A stretch of 32,000 bases of DNA, from contig NZ_AP019769.1 in assembly GCF_023169545.1 (NCBI RefSeq), forward strand, positions 480,001-512,000, read 5' to 3'. Under the pieces are notes generated by a model. The model did no database searches. It had not been told where the DNA came from and worked only from the letters and a program-made list of their open reading frames with translations. The stretch is from Nanobdella aerobiophila (GTDB taxonomy: Archaea; Nanobdellota; Nanobdellia; Nanobdellales; Nanobdellaceae). Positions 1-7,910 of this stretch are shown piece by piece (within the stretch, counting starts at the first letter, position 1; each line of letters starts with the position of its first letter). A program made the position numbers and the translations under genes.

Positions 1-490
1 GCCATTCTATAAATTTATTATACCAAGGATTTATTCTAGAAGTATAAAATTCCCTCCTCCAATCTATCGAAAAACCCATCTTTTTCATGGTCTCTTCAGC
101 ATATCTTATAAAATATAATGCCCAACCTTCGGAAGTCTTCAATCTATCAAAATCTTCTTCAGGTATGCCATCTTGTTTTAGATCATTAATTATTTTTTGA
201 TTTCCTTCTTTTAGTTGCATGGACTTAGATACTATTGGTGAACCAGTTATATGGAACCCCATCGGAAACAAAACATTATATCCTTTTAATCTCTTATATC
301 TTGCATAGAAATCAATCCTTGATTCTGTTAAACCATGACCCAGGTGTAATAACCCACTCATATAAGGATATGGAGATGTAACAAAAACTTTTTCTTTTGA
401 AGGATCTGGATTTGCTTCAAAAACTTTTTTTTCCTCCCAAATTTTTCTCCATTTTTCTTCTACACTTTTAAAATCTATACTTATTTCCAT
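1..490 (-). CDS. leuS: Leucyl-tRNA synthetase, N-terminal fragment (gene continues past window start)
   Basis: Manual minus-strand translation from ATG (cat at 488-490): MEISIDFKSVEEKWRKIWEEKKVFEANPD...SPYPYMSGLLHLGHGLTESRIDFYARYKRLKGYNVLFPMGFHITG. Class I aaRS HIGH-type motif (HLGH) and LeuRS-like N-terminus. Absent from the ORF track because the window edge truncates it. Confidence 0.8.
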   Translation of the reverse strand, partial: MEISIDFKSVEEKWRKIWEEKKVFEANPDPSKEKVFVTSPYPYMSGLLHLGHGLTESRIDFYARYKRLKGYNVLFPMGFHITGSPIVSKSMQLKEGNQKIINDLKQDGIPEEDFDRLKTSEGWALYFIRYAEETMKKMGFSIDWRREFYTSRINPWYNKFIEW

Positions 491-542
491 GATATTATAA
501 AAGGCGTAAAAATTTAAAAGATATTTTAATATTTAATTAAAA

Positions 543-1145
543 ATGGCTTATAATAAAAAATATGCAGACTGGGGAAAGAAGGTATGGATAGATATAATTG
601 CACCTTCAAATATATTTAACGAAATTAAGCTTGGTGAAACACCCATAAACAAAGATAACATAGAAAATGTAGTTGGTAGAAAGTTAGATCTAAACTTAGC
701 CTTTATATTAAATAATTTTAGATATCAGAATTTTAAGGCTATATTTAAAATAAATAAGATATCTGGAACAAAAGCGTATTCAGATTTAGTTGACATAATG
801 CTATACCCAGCTTATATAAGAAGGGTAAGTAGAAAAGGAACCTCAAAGATAGAAGAATCTTTTGAAGCAAATACAAAAGATAATTATCTTATAAAGGTCA
901 AACCACTTATAATAACAAAATATAAAGCACATAGAGAACAAAAAAATGAATTAAGGAAATCATTCAGAAAGTATCTTGAAGAAAAGATACCAACCCTAAA
1001 TTATTATGAATTAATAGAAAAGATGATAAATTACGACCTACAAAATGAAGTAAAGCAAGTTCTAAATAAAATATTTCCAGTAAATAATATAGAGATACGA
1101 AGGATTACATACATTAAACAGGTTCAATTGGCAGAAAATAAATAG
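543..1145 (+). CDS. rps3ae: 30S ribosomal protein S3Ae (eS1)
   Basis: 200 aa. N-terminus KKVWIDIIAPSNIFNEIKLGETPI...VVGRKLDLNL matches the archaeal S3Ae pattern (W-x-I-x-AP...GET...GR). Length is typical. Confidence 0.85.
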   Translation: MAYNKKYADWGKKVWIDIIAPSNIFNEIKLGETPINKDNIENVVGRKLDLNLAFILNNFRYQNFKAIFKINKISGTKAYSDLVDIMLYPAYIRRVSRKGTSKIEESFEANTKDNYLIKVKPLIITKYKAHREQKNELRKSFRKYLEEKIPTLNYYELIEKMINYDLQNEVKQVLNKIFPVNNIEIRRITYIKQVQLAENK

Positions 1146-2294
1146 CTATTTTTTAATTTCTATTAAGAATCCTGTTAAATATTTTAATTCTTGGTGAGGG
1201 AATATAACCTTATGATCTAGAGCCTGCTGGAATCTATATAGTACTTCAAATCTCTTATTTTTTCTTCTAATTATTGTTCTTAATAAAGAATAAAACTTTT
1301 CTTCTTTCATATCCTGAGAGCATGAGAAAGTTATTAAATATCCTTCATCTATTAAATCTAAGGCTATAGAATTAATTAATATAGTACTTTTTATCCCCTT
1401 TATATAATTATCTGCTAATAGGTCCGGCGGATCCAATATTACTATATCAAATTTCTTATTTTCTCTATAAAATTCCTGTAAAACTTTATATGCATTTTCA
1501 TTTATTATCTTATAATTATCTATACCATTTATTTTAATATTTTTTGATAGCAATTTAATAGAATTCTTATTTTTCTCTACAAAATATCTATATCCGGCAT
1601 TTATTATTATACCAAAAGAACCAAGATAAGAAAATGCATCTAAAACCTCATCTCCATATATATTATTTATTATTTTCCTATTCTCTCTCTGGTCTAAAAA
1701 CCAACCCGTCTTTTGACCACTTATAATATCTATATCAAAATTTTTACCTACCTCTTCTATTGTAGTTCTACTTTTATTATTATATAAAAATCTTTCAACA
1801 GGCATTAAAAAAGCCCTTTCTCTTTGCTTACCTACACTTTTCTCGTATATAGTAATATTCTTTCCAAATATTTCAATTAATACTTCTTTTATTATATTAA
1901 TATTTTTGTCTAAAAAGGCATTGGAATTCTGTAAAACAAATATATCATTAAATTTATCAATAATTAAACCTGATATAAAATCAGATTCTGAATATATCAA
2001 TCTATAATGATCTTTATAATTTATTACATTTTCTCTATACTCCCTTGCTTTCTCTATTTTATCTTTTAATTCAGAATATAAATCAAAATCCTCATTATAA
2101 GACATTATTCTTAAATAATTATAATAATCTTTTGGATTAATAGCTCCCCATGCAACAAAATTATTATTATATTTTATCTTTACTAGTTCTCCAGGATTTA
2201 CATCTATATTTTTTACCAAATTAGAAGAAAAGGTCTGTCTTCCTTTTTTTATTTCTCTATATATATAATTATTTATATTCAATTCATATTGCAT
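1146..2294 (-). CDS. PUA-domain class I SAM-dependent RNA methyltransferase (COG1092, RlmI-like)
   Basis: 382 aa. Motifs TGWFLDQRENR, LDAFSYLGSFG (SAM motif I-like) and ILDPPDL (DPP motif), with an N-terminal PUA-like segment. ATG start at 2292-2294. Confidence 0.8.
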   Translation of the reverse strand: MQYELNINNYIYREIKKGRQTFSSNLVKNIDVNPGELVKIKYNNNFVAWGAINPKDYYNYLRIMSYNEDFDLYSELKDKIEKAREYRENVINYKDHYRLIYSESDFISGLIIDKFNDIFVLQNSNAFLDKNINIIKEVLIEIFGKNITIYEKSVGKQRERAFLMPVERFLYNNKSRTTIEEVGKNFDIDIISGQKTGWFLDQRENRKIINNIYGDEVLDAFSYLGSFGIIINAGYRYFVEKNKNSIKLLSKNIKINGIDNYKIINENAYKVLQEFYRENKKFDIVILDPPDLLADNYIKGIKSTILINSIALDLIDEGYLITFSCSQDMKEEKFYSLLRTIIRRKNKRFEVLYRFQQALDHKVIFPHQELKYLTGFLIEIKK

Positions 2295-3615
2295 ATTCTA
2301 TTGATAATATTAGATAATAGAAACCTGACTCTGTTTGGTTCATTTCTATAAGATCTTTACCAAATTGCAAATAATTATATGAAGTTATTGAGAATCCATA
2401 TTTATTATAATAATAATAATCTAAATATTCTATATTATTAGCTGTATTAATATTCATATAATTAGTATCATTTGCTATATAAAGATAGTATATATTTGCT
2501 AAGAAATTCATCTCATCAAAACAAGATAAATTTTGTGGTAATTGTCCTTGGTAAGTATACTGCATTAATTGGTATTCTTGATTTATTAAATTACATTCAT
2601 TATTTTTATTTATATTCTGCGTAATTGGTAAAAATTCTGACCAGCCCAATGCAGAATAATATCTCCAGTAAGAATAAGATATATTATTCAAGGATGAATT
2701 TGCAGCCTCCAATCTTGATATAACTTGATATTTAATTTCTTTACATTCATAATTACCATAACAACTATAACTAGTAACATTATTGTACAAAGAGTTTATA
2801 TCATTAATTACTTGAGCTTCCGATATATTTATATTATTGCTAGAAACATGACTTTCAAAACACAAACTAGCCGCAGTGTAATAGTCGCCTCTAGATATAT
2901 AATAACTGACATTTGTATCATTTATACCCGAACATATTTGGGACTCTATATTTTTTATCGTACTAGTATAAGATGCGGGAGGAGAATAGGTTTCATTTAT
3001 AGTATAATTAAAGTATACATTTTCTAGATCCAATATAGTACTTATTGGTATTATATTACTATTATTATAATATGGAGCTACTAGATAAGGAAAGTACTGC
3101 AAGGTTGCATTTAATTTATAGCTAATCCCTGCCACAGGTGCTATTAGACCATTTGGCAACATAAAACCTGTTACAGGATAGTTGACTATAGGAGTTTCAT
3201 TATTTAATGCTTCTAGAACCAATAATGTTAATCCCGCAGTTCCAGAAAAACCATCTGCAAATAAAACATCATTAGATGAGAAATAATAATTATAATTATT
3301 ACAATTAATTGGATCTATGGAACAGTATGCATCTTTTGCATATAAATACGCTAAATTATATGGTTGTTGAAATATAGGAGGCACTGATTCATATACAGTA
3401 CCATCTCCATTGGACACATATAAACTAAATTGAGTAATTTCACCAGACAAATTATTTGAATTATTTAGTACTGCAGGGATATAAACAGAATATATAGAAC
3501 TAGAATTATAGTAAATATATCTGAAGCTTACTATATATACTAGTAAAGACAATATCACCAATAATCCTATGACCGCTATAATTATCTTGGATATATAACC
3601 AAATTTAAATTTCAT
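2284..3615 (-). CDS. Hypothetical membrane-anchored, N/Y/S-rich extracellular protein
   Basis: 443 aa. N-terminal hydrophobic helix IIIAVIGLLVILSLLVYIVSF followed by a low-complexity N/Y/S-rich region with many N-x-S/T sequons. No recognisable catalytic motif. Confidence 0.5.
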   Translation of the reverse strand: MKFKFGYISKIIIAVIGLLVILSLLVYIVSFRYIYYNSSSIYSVYIPAVLNNSNNLSGEITQFSLYVSNGDGTVYESVPPIFQQPYNLAYLYAKDAYCSIDPINCNNYNYYFSSNDVLFADGFSGTAGLTLLVLEALNNETPIVNYPVTGFMLPNGLIAPVAGISYKLNATLQYFPYLVAPYYNNSNIIPISTILDLENVYFNYTINETYSPPASYTSTIKNIESQICSGINDTNVSYYISRGDYYTAASLCFESHVSSNNINISEAQVINDINSLYNNVTSYSCYGNYECKEIKYQVISRLEAANSSLNNISYSYWRYYSALGWSEFLPITQNINKNNECNLINQEYQLMQYTYQGQLPQNLSCFDEMNFLANIYYLYIANDTNYMNINTANNIEYLDYYYYNKYGFSITSYNYLQFGKDLIEMNQTESGFYYLILSIEYAI

Positions 3616-3637
3616 TTATGAGATGTATCAAAAAAAT

Positions 3638-4492
3638 TTATAAAGCATTCCAATACCTTAATATTTCTTTTTCTGATTTTTCTATCATACCTTCAATTTT
3701 CTTAAATTCTTCTTTAGAATATGATATCTGTTTTTTGAGGAAGAAATAATAATATTCTCCATTGTCAATTTTCAAGGTTTGATATCGAGAATTATTTGTA
3801 GGCGAATTTAAAATCTTCAAACCATTCTTATGATTTTTAATTATTTTATTAAGTACCAGTCCTAGTTGGTATTCAAATCTACTATATAAAGCTAAAACTA
3901 TATATCCATTAGTACATTCTTTCTCAATTATTTTATTATCCATCATTTTTTCGGCCAAGTATAGATATATTAATACTTGATTTGATGCACTTTCAATTAC
4001 TTCATTCAATTTTTCTATTATTGGTTTATCTTTATCTACATACAAGCTCTTTAACTCGTATAATTCAATACACTTATCAAAGGATATTATATCTGGTTTT
4101 CCTACTATTAGAGAGTATTTAACTGATCTAGCATCATAATAAGGTTTATAATATGCTAAATATATATTACCTACCCAATTTTTTAAATACCTAGCTTTAT
4201 AAGTATTAAGAAGATAGTCATGAAACGTCTTATTTGAATCTACTATAAATACAGGCTTTCCTTTTAATAGATAATTAACTGGTATTGAAATATAAACTTT
4301 TTTACCATTTAATAAAATACTAGGCGACTTTTCCTTATTTGATTTAATATAATTGATCATATGATGATTATATTCAACAAATATTTTTTCTAAGTTTTTA
4401 GAACCGTCTCCAGTGGATACATCAAGAGGTTGACTTCCTATTTTATCTAATATATCATCGATCGTCTTTATAGACCACTGGTAATTATGCAT
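3638..4492 (-). CDS. Hypothetical protein with PD-(D/E)xK-like motif
   Basis: Start re-set to the ATG at 4490-4492 (MHNYQWSIK...) because the tracked ORF 3638..4612 reads through the tRNA gene. Contains GKPDIISFDKCIELYELKS, a P-D ... E-L-K spacing typical of restriction-endonuclease-fold proteins. Assignment is motif-only. Confidence 0.45.
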   Translation of the reverse strand: MHNYQWSIKTIDDILDKIGSQPLDVSTGDGSKNLEKIFVEYNHHMINYIKSNKEKSPSILLNGKKVYISIPVNYLLKGKPVFIVDSNKTFHDYLLNTYKARYLKNWVGNIYLAYYKPYYDARSVKYSLIVGKPDIISFDKCIELYELKSLYVDKDKPIIEKLNEVIESASNQVLIYLYLAEKMMDNKIIEKECTNGYIVLALYSRFEYQLGLVLNKIIKNHKNGLKILNSPTNNSRYQTLKIDNGEYYYFFLKKQISYSKEEFKKIEGMIEKSEKEILRYWNAL

Positions 4493-4523
4493 TAATAGTA
4501 AATAGTAATAAAGGATATAAACC

Positions 4524-4607
4524 CGCCGTGGGTGGGATTTGAACCCACGTCCCCTTTCGGGGATATGGTCTCCAGCCATACCCCTTGGACCGCTCGGGCA
4601 CCACGGC
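4524..4607 (-). tRNA. tRNA-Ser (anticodon GGA), class II with long variable arm
   Basis: Reverse complement reads GCCGUGGUGCCCGAGCGGUCCAAGGGGUAUGGCUGGAGACCAUAUCCCCGAAAGGGGACGUGGGUUCAAAUCCCACCCACGGCG. It has a 7-bp acceptor stem, anticodon stem UAUGG/CCAUA with loop CUGGAGA (anticodon GGA), variable arm CCCCGAAAGGGG and T-arm GUGGG-UUCAAAU-CCCAC. It is a GC-rich island in AT-rich DNA. Confidence 0.9.
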
Positions 4608-4608
4608 A

Positions 4609-5052
4609 TCAATTATATTTTAATTCAATATCATATAATACATTAGAATATTTATATAAAAGTTGTATGAGATCATTGCTAGTTAAATTTACATTATTAG
4701 AATAGCATCTTGTACTTTGGTTAATATATAATATAGATTGATTACAAGATAGATTATATCTAACTCCAGATATATTCAATATAAATTGATTTGTGTATAT
4801 TTCTGGTAATTGTATATCATTTAAATACAAATATAATGTATTGTTTGAATAATTTACTGTATAGTTATATGGGTTTGTATAAAAATTAAAATTCATAGAA
4901 CCATATAATACCTTATGTAAATAATTATAATAATAATATAGTATTAATATAGTAGCTATTATGGCAAAAATTAGGATAATCCCATAGTATTTTTTCATAC
5001 CTTTTTTATATCTAAAATTCTTTTTAAATTTTTTATGATAAAATAAATTCAT
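4609..5052 (-). CDS. Hypothetical small membrane-anchored protein
   Basis: 147 aa. N-terminal helix YYGIILIFAIIATILILYYYY, then an N/Y-rich region with several N-x-S/T sequons. ATG at 5050-5052. Confidence 0.4.
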   Translation of the reverse strand: MNLFYHKKFKKNFRYKKGMKKYYGIILIFAIIATILILYYYYNYLHKVLYGSMNFNFYTNPYNYTVNYSNNTLYLYLNDIQLPEIYTNQFILNISGVRYNLSCNQSILYINQSTRCYSNNVNLTSNDLIQLLYKYSNVLYDIELKYN

Positions 5053-5257
5053 GAAAAAAATAAAGGTATTTATAGAAAAATATAATCTTGAAAAAGAGAT
5101 AGACTTTAATGGTAATAATATAAAAGAATTATTAAATATGCTAAATCTAGACCCATCAAGATTTTTAGTATTAAAAAATAATGAAATAGTAACTGAAGAG
5201 GATAATATAAATGAAGGAGATTATATAAAAATTCTAGATTCCGTATCGGGGGGATAA
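5051..5257 (+). CDS. ThiS/MoaD-family ubiquitin-like small protein (SAMP-like), C-terminal GG
   Basis: 68 aa ending ...ILDSVSGG. Size, beta-grasp-like pattern (VLKNNEIV...EGDYIKIL) and the terminal Gly-Gly fit ThiS/MoaD/SAMP. Confidence 0.7.
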   Translation: MKKIKVFIEKYNLEKEIDFNGNNIKELLNMLNLDPSRFLVLKNNEIVTEEDNINEGDYIKILDSVSGG

Positions 5258-5291
5258 AATTTATATATAATAGAGGATTTATCATAACCTT

Positions 5292-6209
5292 ATGTATGAC
5301 CCTTATTATATAGATTATTATAATATTATAAAAAAATATGAAAATTTAGAAACAAAAGACTATAAAAAAATATTAATATCTGGAATGGGCGGTTCTGGAA
5401 TAAATGGCGATTATATTATACCAATATTAAATAATAGAGAAGTATATGTACTAAAAGATTATTTTTTACCAGAATTTGTAGATGATGAATGGTTAAATAT
5501 ATTTATTTCTTACTCCGGGGATACAGAAGAAACTATAAGTTCTATGAATGATTCAATAAATAATAAATTTAATACTATAGCAATTTCTGCTGGAGGGGAG
5601 ATGGAGAGGATAGCAAAAGAAAAAAATTTATATTATATCAAAATAGATAAAAATTTTCCAGCTACAAGATACACTTTTCCAATAATATTAGGAATTTTAT
5701 TGTCAATATTAGATAAAAACAAATATTATGAATTACTAGATATATTAAAGGATTATAAAGAAAAATTGAGGGACCTATCTTTATATGTAGATGATATAAA
5801 AAATCCTATAATGATATATACTGATAAAAAACATGAATCTTTAGCTTTAGGATTGAAAATGCATTTAAATGAGGAGGCAAAATGGTTTACTCAATATGGA
5901 ATCATATCTGAATATAATCATCATGATTTAGAAAGTATTAGTAAATTAAATATAGATTTTATATTATTAAAATTCAATTATTATCAGAGAATTGAATATA
6001 GAATAAATTATTTAAAAGATTTATTAGAACAATATGGAAATAATGTCTTATTATTTGATTTAAAATATAGAAATTTATTAGAAGAAATCGTATTAGGTAC
6101 ATTATCATTTAGAACATTTACATTAAAACTAGCAGAAAAATTAAATGTAGATCCATATCATAGTAAAAATATTGCTGGTTTAAAGGCATTTCTGAAAAAT
6201 ATTAAATAG
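5292..6209 (+). CDS. Bifunctional phosphoglucose/phosphomannose isomerase family protein (SIS domain)
   Basis: 305 aa. Motifs ILISGMGGSGINGD and ISYSGDTEET are typical of the archaeal PGI/PMI SIS family. Its last ~255 nt are partly duplicated at 13646-13775. Confidence 0.75.
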   Translation: MYDPYYIDYYNIIKKYENLETKDYKKILISGMGGSGINGDYIIPILNNREVYVLKDYFLPEFVDDEWLNIFISYSGDTEETISSMNDSINNKFNTIAISAGGEMERIAKEKNLYYIKIDKNFPATRYTFPIILGILLSILDKNKYYELLDILKDYKEKLRDLSLYVDDIKNPIMIYTDKKHESLALGLKMHLNEEAKWFTQYGIISEYNHHDLESISKLNIDFILLKFNYYQRIEYRINYLKDLLEQYGNNVLLFDLKYRNLLEEIVLGTLSFRTFTLKLAEKLNVDPYHSKNIAGLKAFLKNIK

Positions 6210-6240
6210 TTTTTATTTTATATTGGTTTTCATATCTAAA

Positions 6241-6296
6241 GAATTATTAAATAGATAATATTAAACTTATACCTTTATATAAGTAGTTAATTAAAT
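6241..6296 (+). pseudogene. Degenerate relic of the 3' end of the ATPase constant module (a lost 'copy 0')
   Basis: gaattattaaatagataatattaaacttatacctttatataagtagttaattaaat aligns, with internal deletions, to ...ccagaattattaata...aatagataatattaatattaaatttatacctttatataagtggttattaaat, which ends each of the five ATPase genes. Confidence 0.55.
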
Positions 6297-6583
6297 GTTG
6301 ATTAATTTTTTATCAAAAAATTTTTATTATTCTTTACTATCTCTTAATAATATGAAATTATTAAATACTCATAATAATCTATAAATCGCGTTTAATTGAA
6401 TATGAAATAAAAATACCTTTTATAAATTTTAGTAAATAGTTTTTATTAAACATAAAGTATAATTTATCTGCAAAAATATTATTGATACTTAATTTATTAT
6501 ATATATAATTTTTGTCTTTATATTAAAAATTTCCCTATAAGAAAGAAAATTTTTATAAAAAATTTCCTCATTGTAAATAAAAT

Positions 6584-7846
6584 ATGAATGCAAAAAATAT
6601 AATGGATTTCTTCGAAGAGTATAATAATTTTAATCCTGAAATTATTGAAAGAGAATTAAAAATTGAAATAAATAGCAACTTTATAACTACAATAATAGGT
6701 CCAAGAAGGTCTGGTAAAACATATTATTTATTATATTTAAGAAAATTATTAAGAGATCCTTTATATTTAAATTTTGAAGATTCTAGATTAATAGATATAG
6801 ATTATAAAGATTTAAGAAATGTAATAAGATTATTCAAAGAAAATTATTATGAACCGCATACATTGTTATTAGATGAAATACAGAATTTAAAAGGGTGGGA
6901 AATTATTATTAGAGAATTACATGATTTAAAAAAATATAATATTATTATTACAGGTTCTTCTTCTAAATTATTATCGAAAGAAGTTGCAACACAATTAAGA
7001 GGAAGAACTATAACTTATTTATTATTACCTTTTTCTTTTAGGGAATATATAAAGATAAAAAATATTGAAATAAATTTAAGGTCTTTAGAAAATATTTCTG
7101 ATATAAAAAAATTATTGAAAGAATATTTAGAATATGGTGGATTTCCTGATGTAACATTTTCGGATAATAAAACAAAAATATTGAAAGAATATTCAGATTT
7201 AATATTATTTAGAGATTTTATAGAAAGATATAAAATAAAAAATTTAGAATTAGCCCGATTTTTACATAACTTTTTATTATCAAATTTTTCTGAAGAAATT
7301 TCAATAAATTCTATATACAATAAAATAAAAAGCATGAATATAATGTTATCAAAAAATACAATATATAACTATATAACAAAAATGGAAGATACAATTTATT
7401 TTTTCTTATTAGATAAATATTCAAATAAAATACATATTAGAAAAACTTGGCCAAAGAAAATATATATTTGTGATACAGGTTTATCAAAAACAATTAGATT
7501 TTCTGAAGATATTGGTAAATTAATGGAAAATATTATTTATTTAGAATTATTAAGAAAAACAAATATTAATCCATTATTAGAAATATATTATTTTAAAGAT
7601 TATCAACAACATGAAATAGACTTTTTAGTTAAAGAAGGAAATAATATTAAACAATTAATACAAGTATCATATATTAATAATTATGATGAAATAGATAAAA
7701 GAGAAATAAGATCATTATTAAAAGGATATAATTTATTTAATAAACCAGAATTATTAATAATTACATGGGATTATGAGGATAATAAAATAATAGATAATAT
7801 TAATATTAAATTTATACCTTTATATAAGTGGTTATTAAATATATGA
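6584..7846 (+). CDS. AAA+ ATPase, COG1373-like (AAA_14 + DUF4143-like), paralog 1
   Basis: 420 aa. Walker A GPRRSGKTY, Walker B LLLDEIQ, ITGSSSKLLSKEVATQLRGR, GGFPD, RDFIERYKI, CDTGL, ENIIYLEL, then the constant tail EIDFLVKEGNNIKQLIQVSYINNYDEIDKREIRSLLKGYNLFNKPELLIITWDYEDNKIIDNINIKFIPLYKWLLNI. Confidence 0.8.
   Translation: MNAKNIMDFFEEYNNFNPEIIERELKIEINSNFITTIIGPRRSGKTYYLLYLRKLLRDPLYLNFEDSRLIDIDYKDLRNVIRLFKENYYEPHTLLLDEIQNLKGWEIIIRELHDLKKYNIIITGSSSKLLSKEVATQLRGRTITYLLLPFSFREYIKIKNIEINLRSLENISDIKKLLKEYLEYGGFPDVTFSDNKTKILKEYSDLILFRDFIERYKIKNLELARFLHNFLLSNFSEEISINSIYNKIKSMNIMLSKNTIYNYITKMEDTIYFFLLDKYSNKIHIRKTWPKKIYICDTGLSKTIRFSEDIGKLMENIIYLELLRKTNINPLLEIYYFKDYQQHEIDFLVKEGNNIKQLIQVSYINNYDEIDKREIRSLLKGYNLFNKPELLIITWDYEDNKIIDNINIKFIPLYKWLLNI
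7613..7846 (+). repeat. Constant 3' module, copy 1 (234 nt)
   Basis: From gaaatagactttttag... to the stop. Near-identical at nucleotide level to 8952-9185, 10293-10526, 11622-11864 and 13287-13526. Identity with copy 4 extends upstream to 7523. Confidence 0.9.
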
Positions 7847-7859
7847 TTTTTTATAAATG

Positions 7860-7900
7860 CTTACCCCTTTAGGGGTAAGGATTTAATAAAATTTTTACCC
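7860..7900 (+). promoter_or_regulatory. Inverted/triple TTACCC(C) half-sites around the paralog-2 TATA-like box
   Basis: cttacccc-ttta-ggggtaag is a perfect 8-bp hairpin/palindrome (7860-7879). A third half-site ttaccc lies at 7895-7900. The AT box atttaataaaattttt sits between them, about 25 nt upstream of the ATG at 7911. Confidence 0.5.
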
Positions 7901-7910
7901 ATATAGTATT

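Noticed and set aside
2725-3027. Antisense or shadow ORFs in the track: 2725..3027(+), 7015..7335(-), 10526..10876(-), 12878..13063(-), 15454..15834(-), 20222..20410(-), 20626..20811(-), 27395..27661(+), 27658..27870(+), 30949..31338(+)
   Set aside because: Each lies entirely or largely inside a much longer opposite-strand gene with clear family motifs. Each encodes low-complexity I/F/L/S/K-rich peptide typical of the antisense frame of AT-rich coding DNA.
4493-4612. N-terminal 40 codons of tracked ORF 3638..4612 (MMPWCPSGPRGMAGDH...)
   Set aside because: This G/P/R-rich segment is the reverse-complement reading of the tRNA-Ser gene (4524-4607). Its composition is unlike the rest of the protein, and an ATG with sensible downstream sequence exists at 4492.
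2284-5052. Treating the high density of N-x-S/T sequons in the two membrane-anchored proteins (2284..3615, 4609..5052) as evidence for specialised glycoproteins
   Set aside because: Asn, Ser, Thr, Tyr and Ile are strongly over-represented in every protein of this AT-rich genome, so sequon density is expected from composition alone.
6380-6420. Weak similarity of ...gtttaattgaatatgaaataaaaata... (and 11930-11960 ...taattgagtataaatgatt...) to the PGI/PMI 3' sequence gaattgaatatagaataaatt
   Set aside because: Only about 10 contiguous identical bases occur in nearly pure A/T sequence. This cannot be distinguished from chance without a composition-matched statistical test.
7860-7879. Perfect 8-bp hairpin cttacccc-ttta-ggggtaag as a bacterial-style intrinsic terminator of paralog 1
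   Set aside because: Archaeal termination relies on oligo-T tracts rather than hairpins, and a T-run already follows the stop at 7847-7853. A third TTACCC half-site sits on the other side of the TATA-like box, and analogous repeats lie upstream of paralogs 3-5. These fit an operator-type element better.
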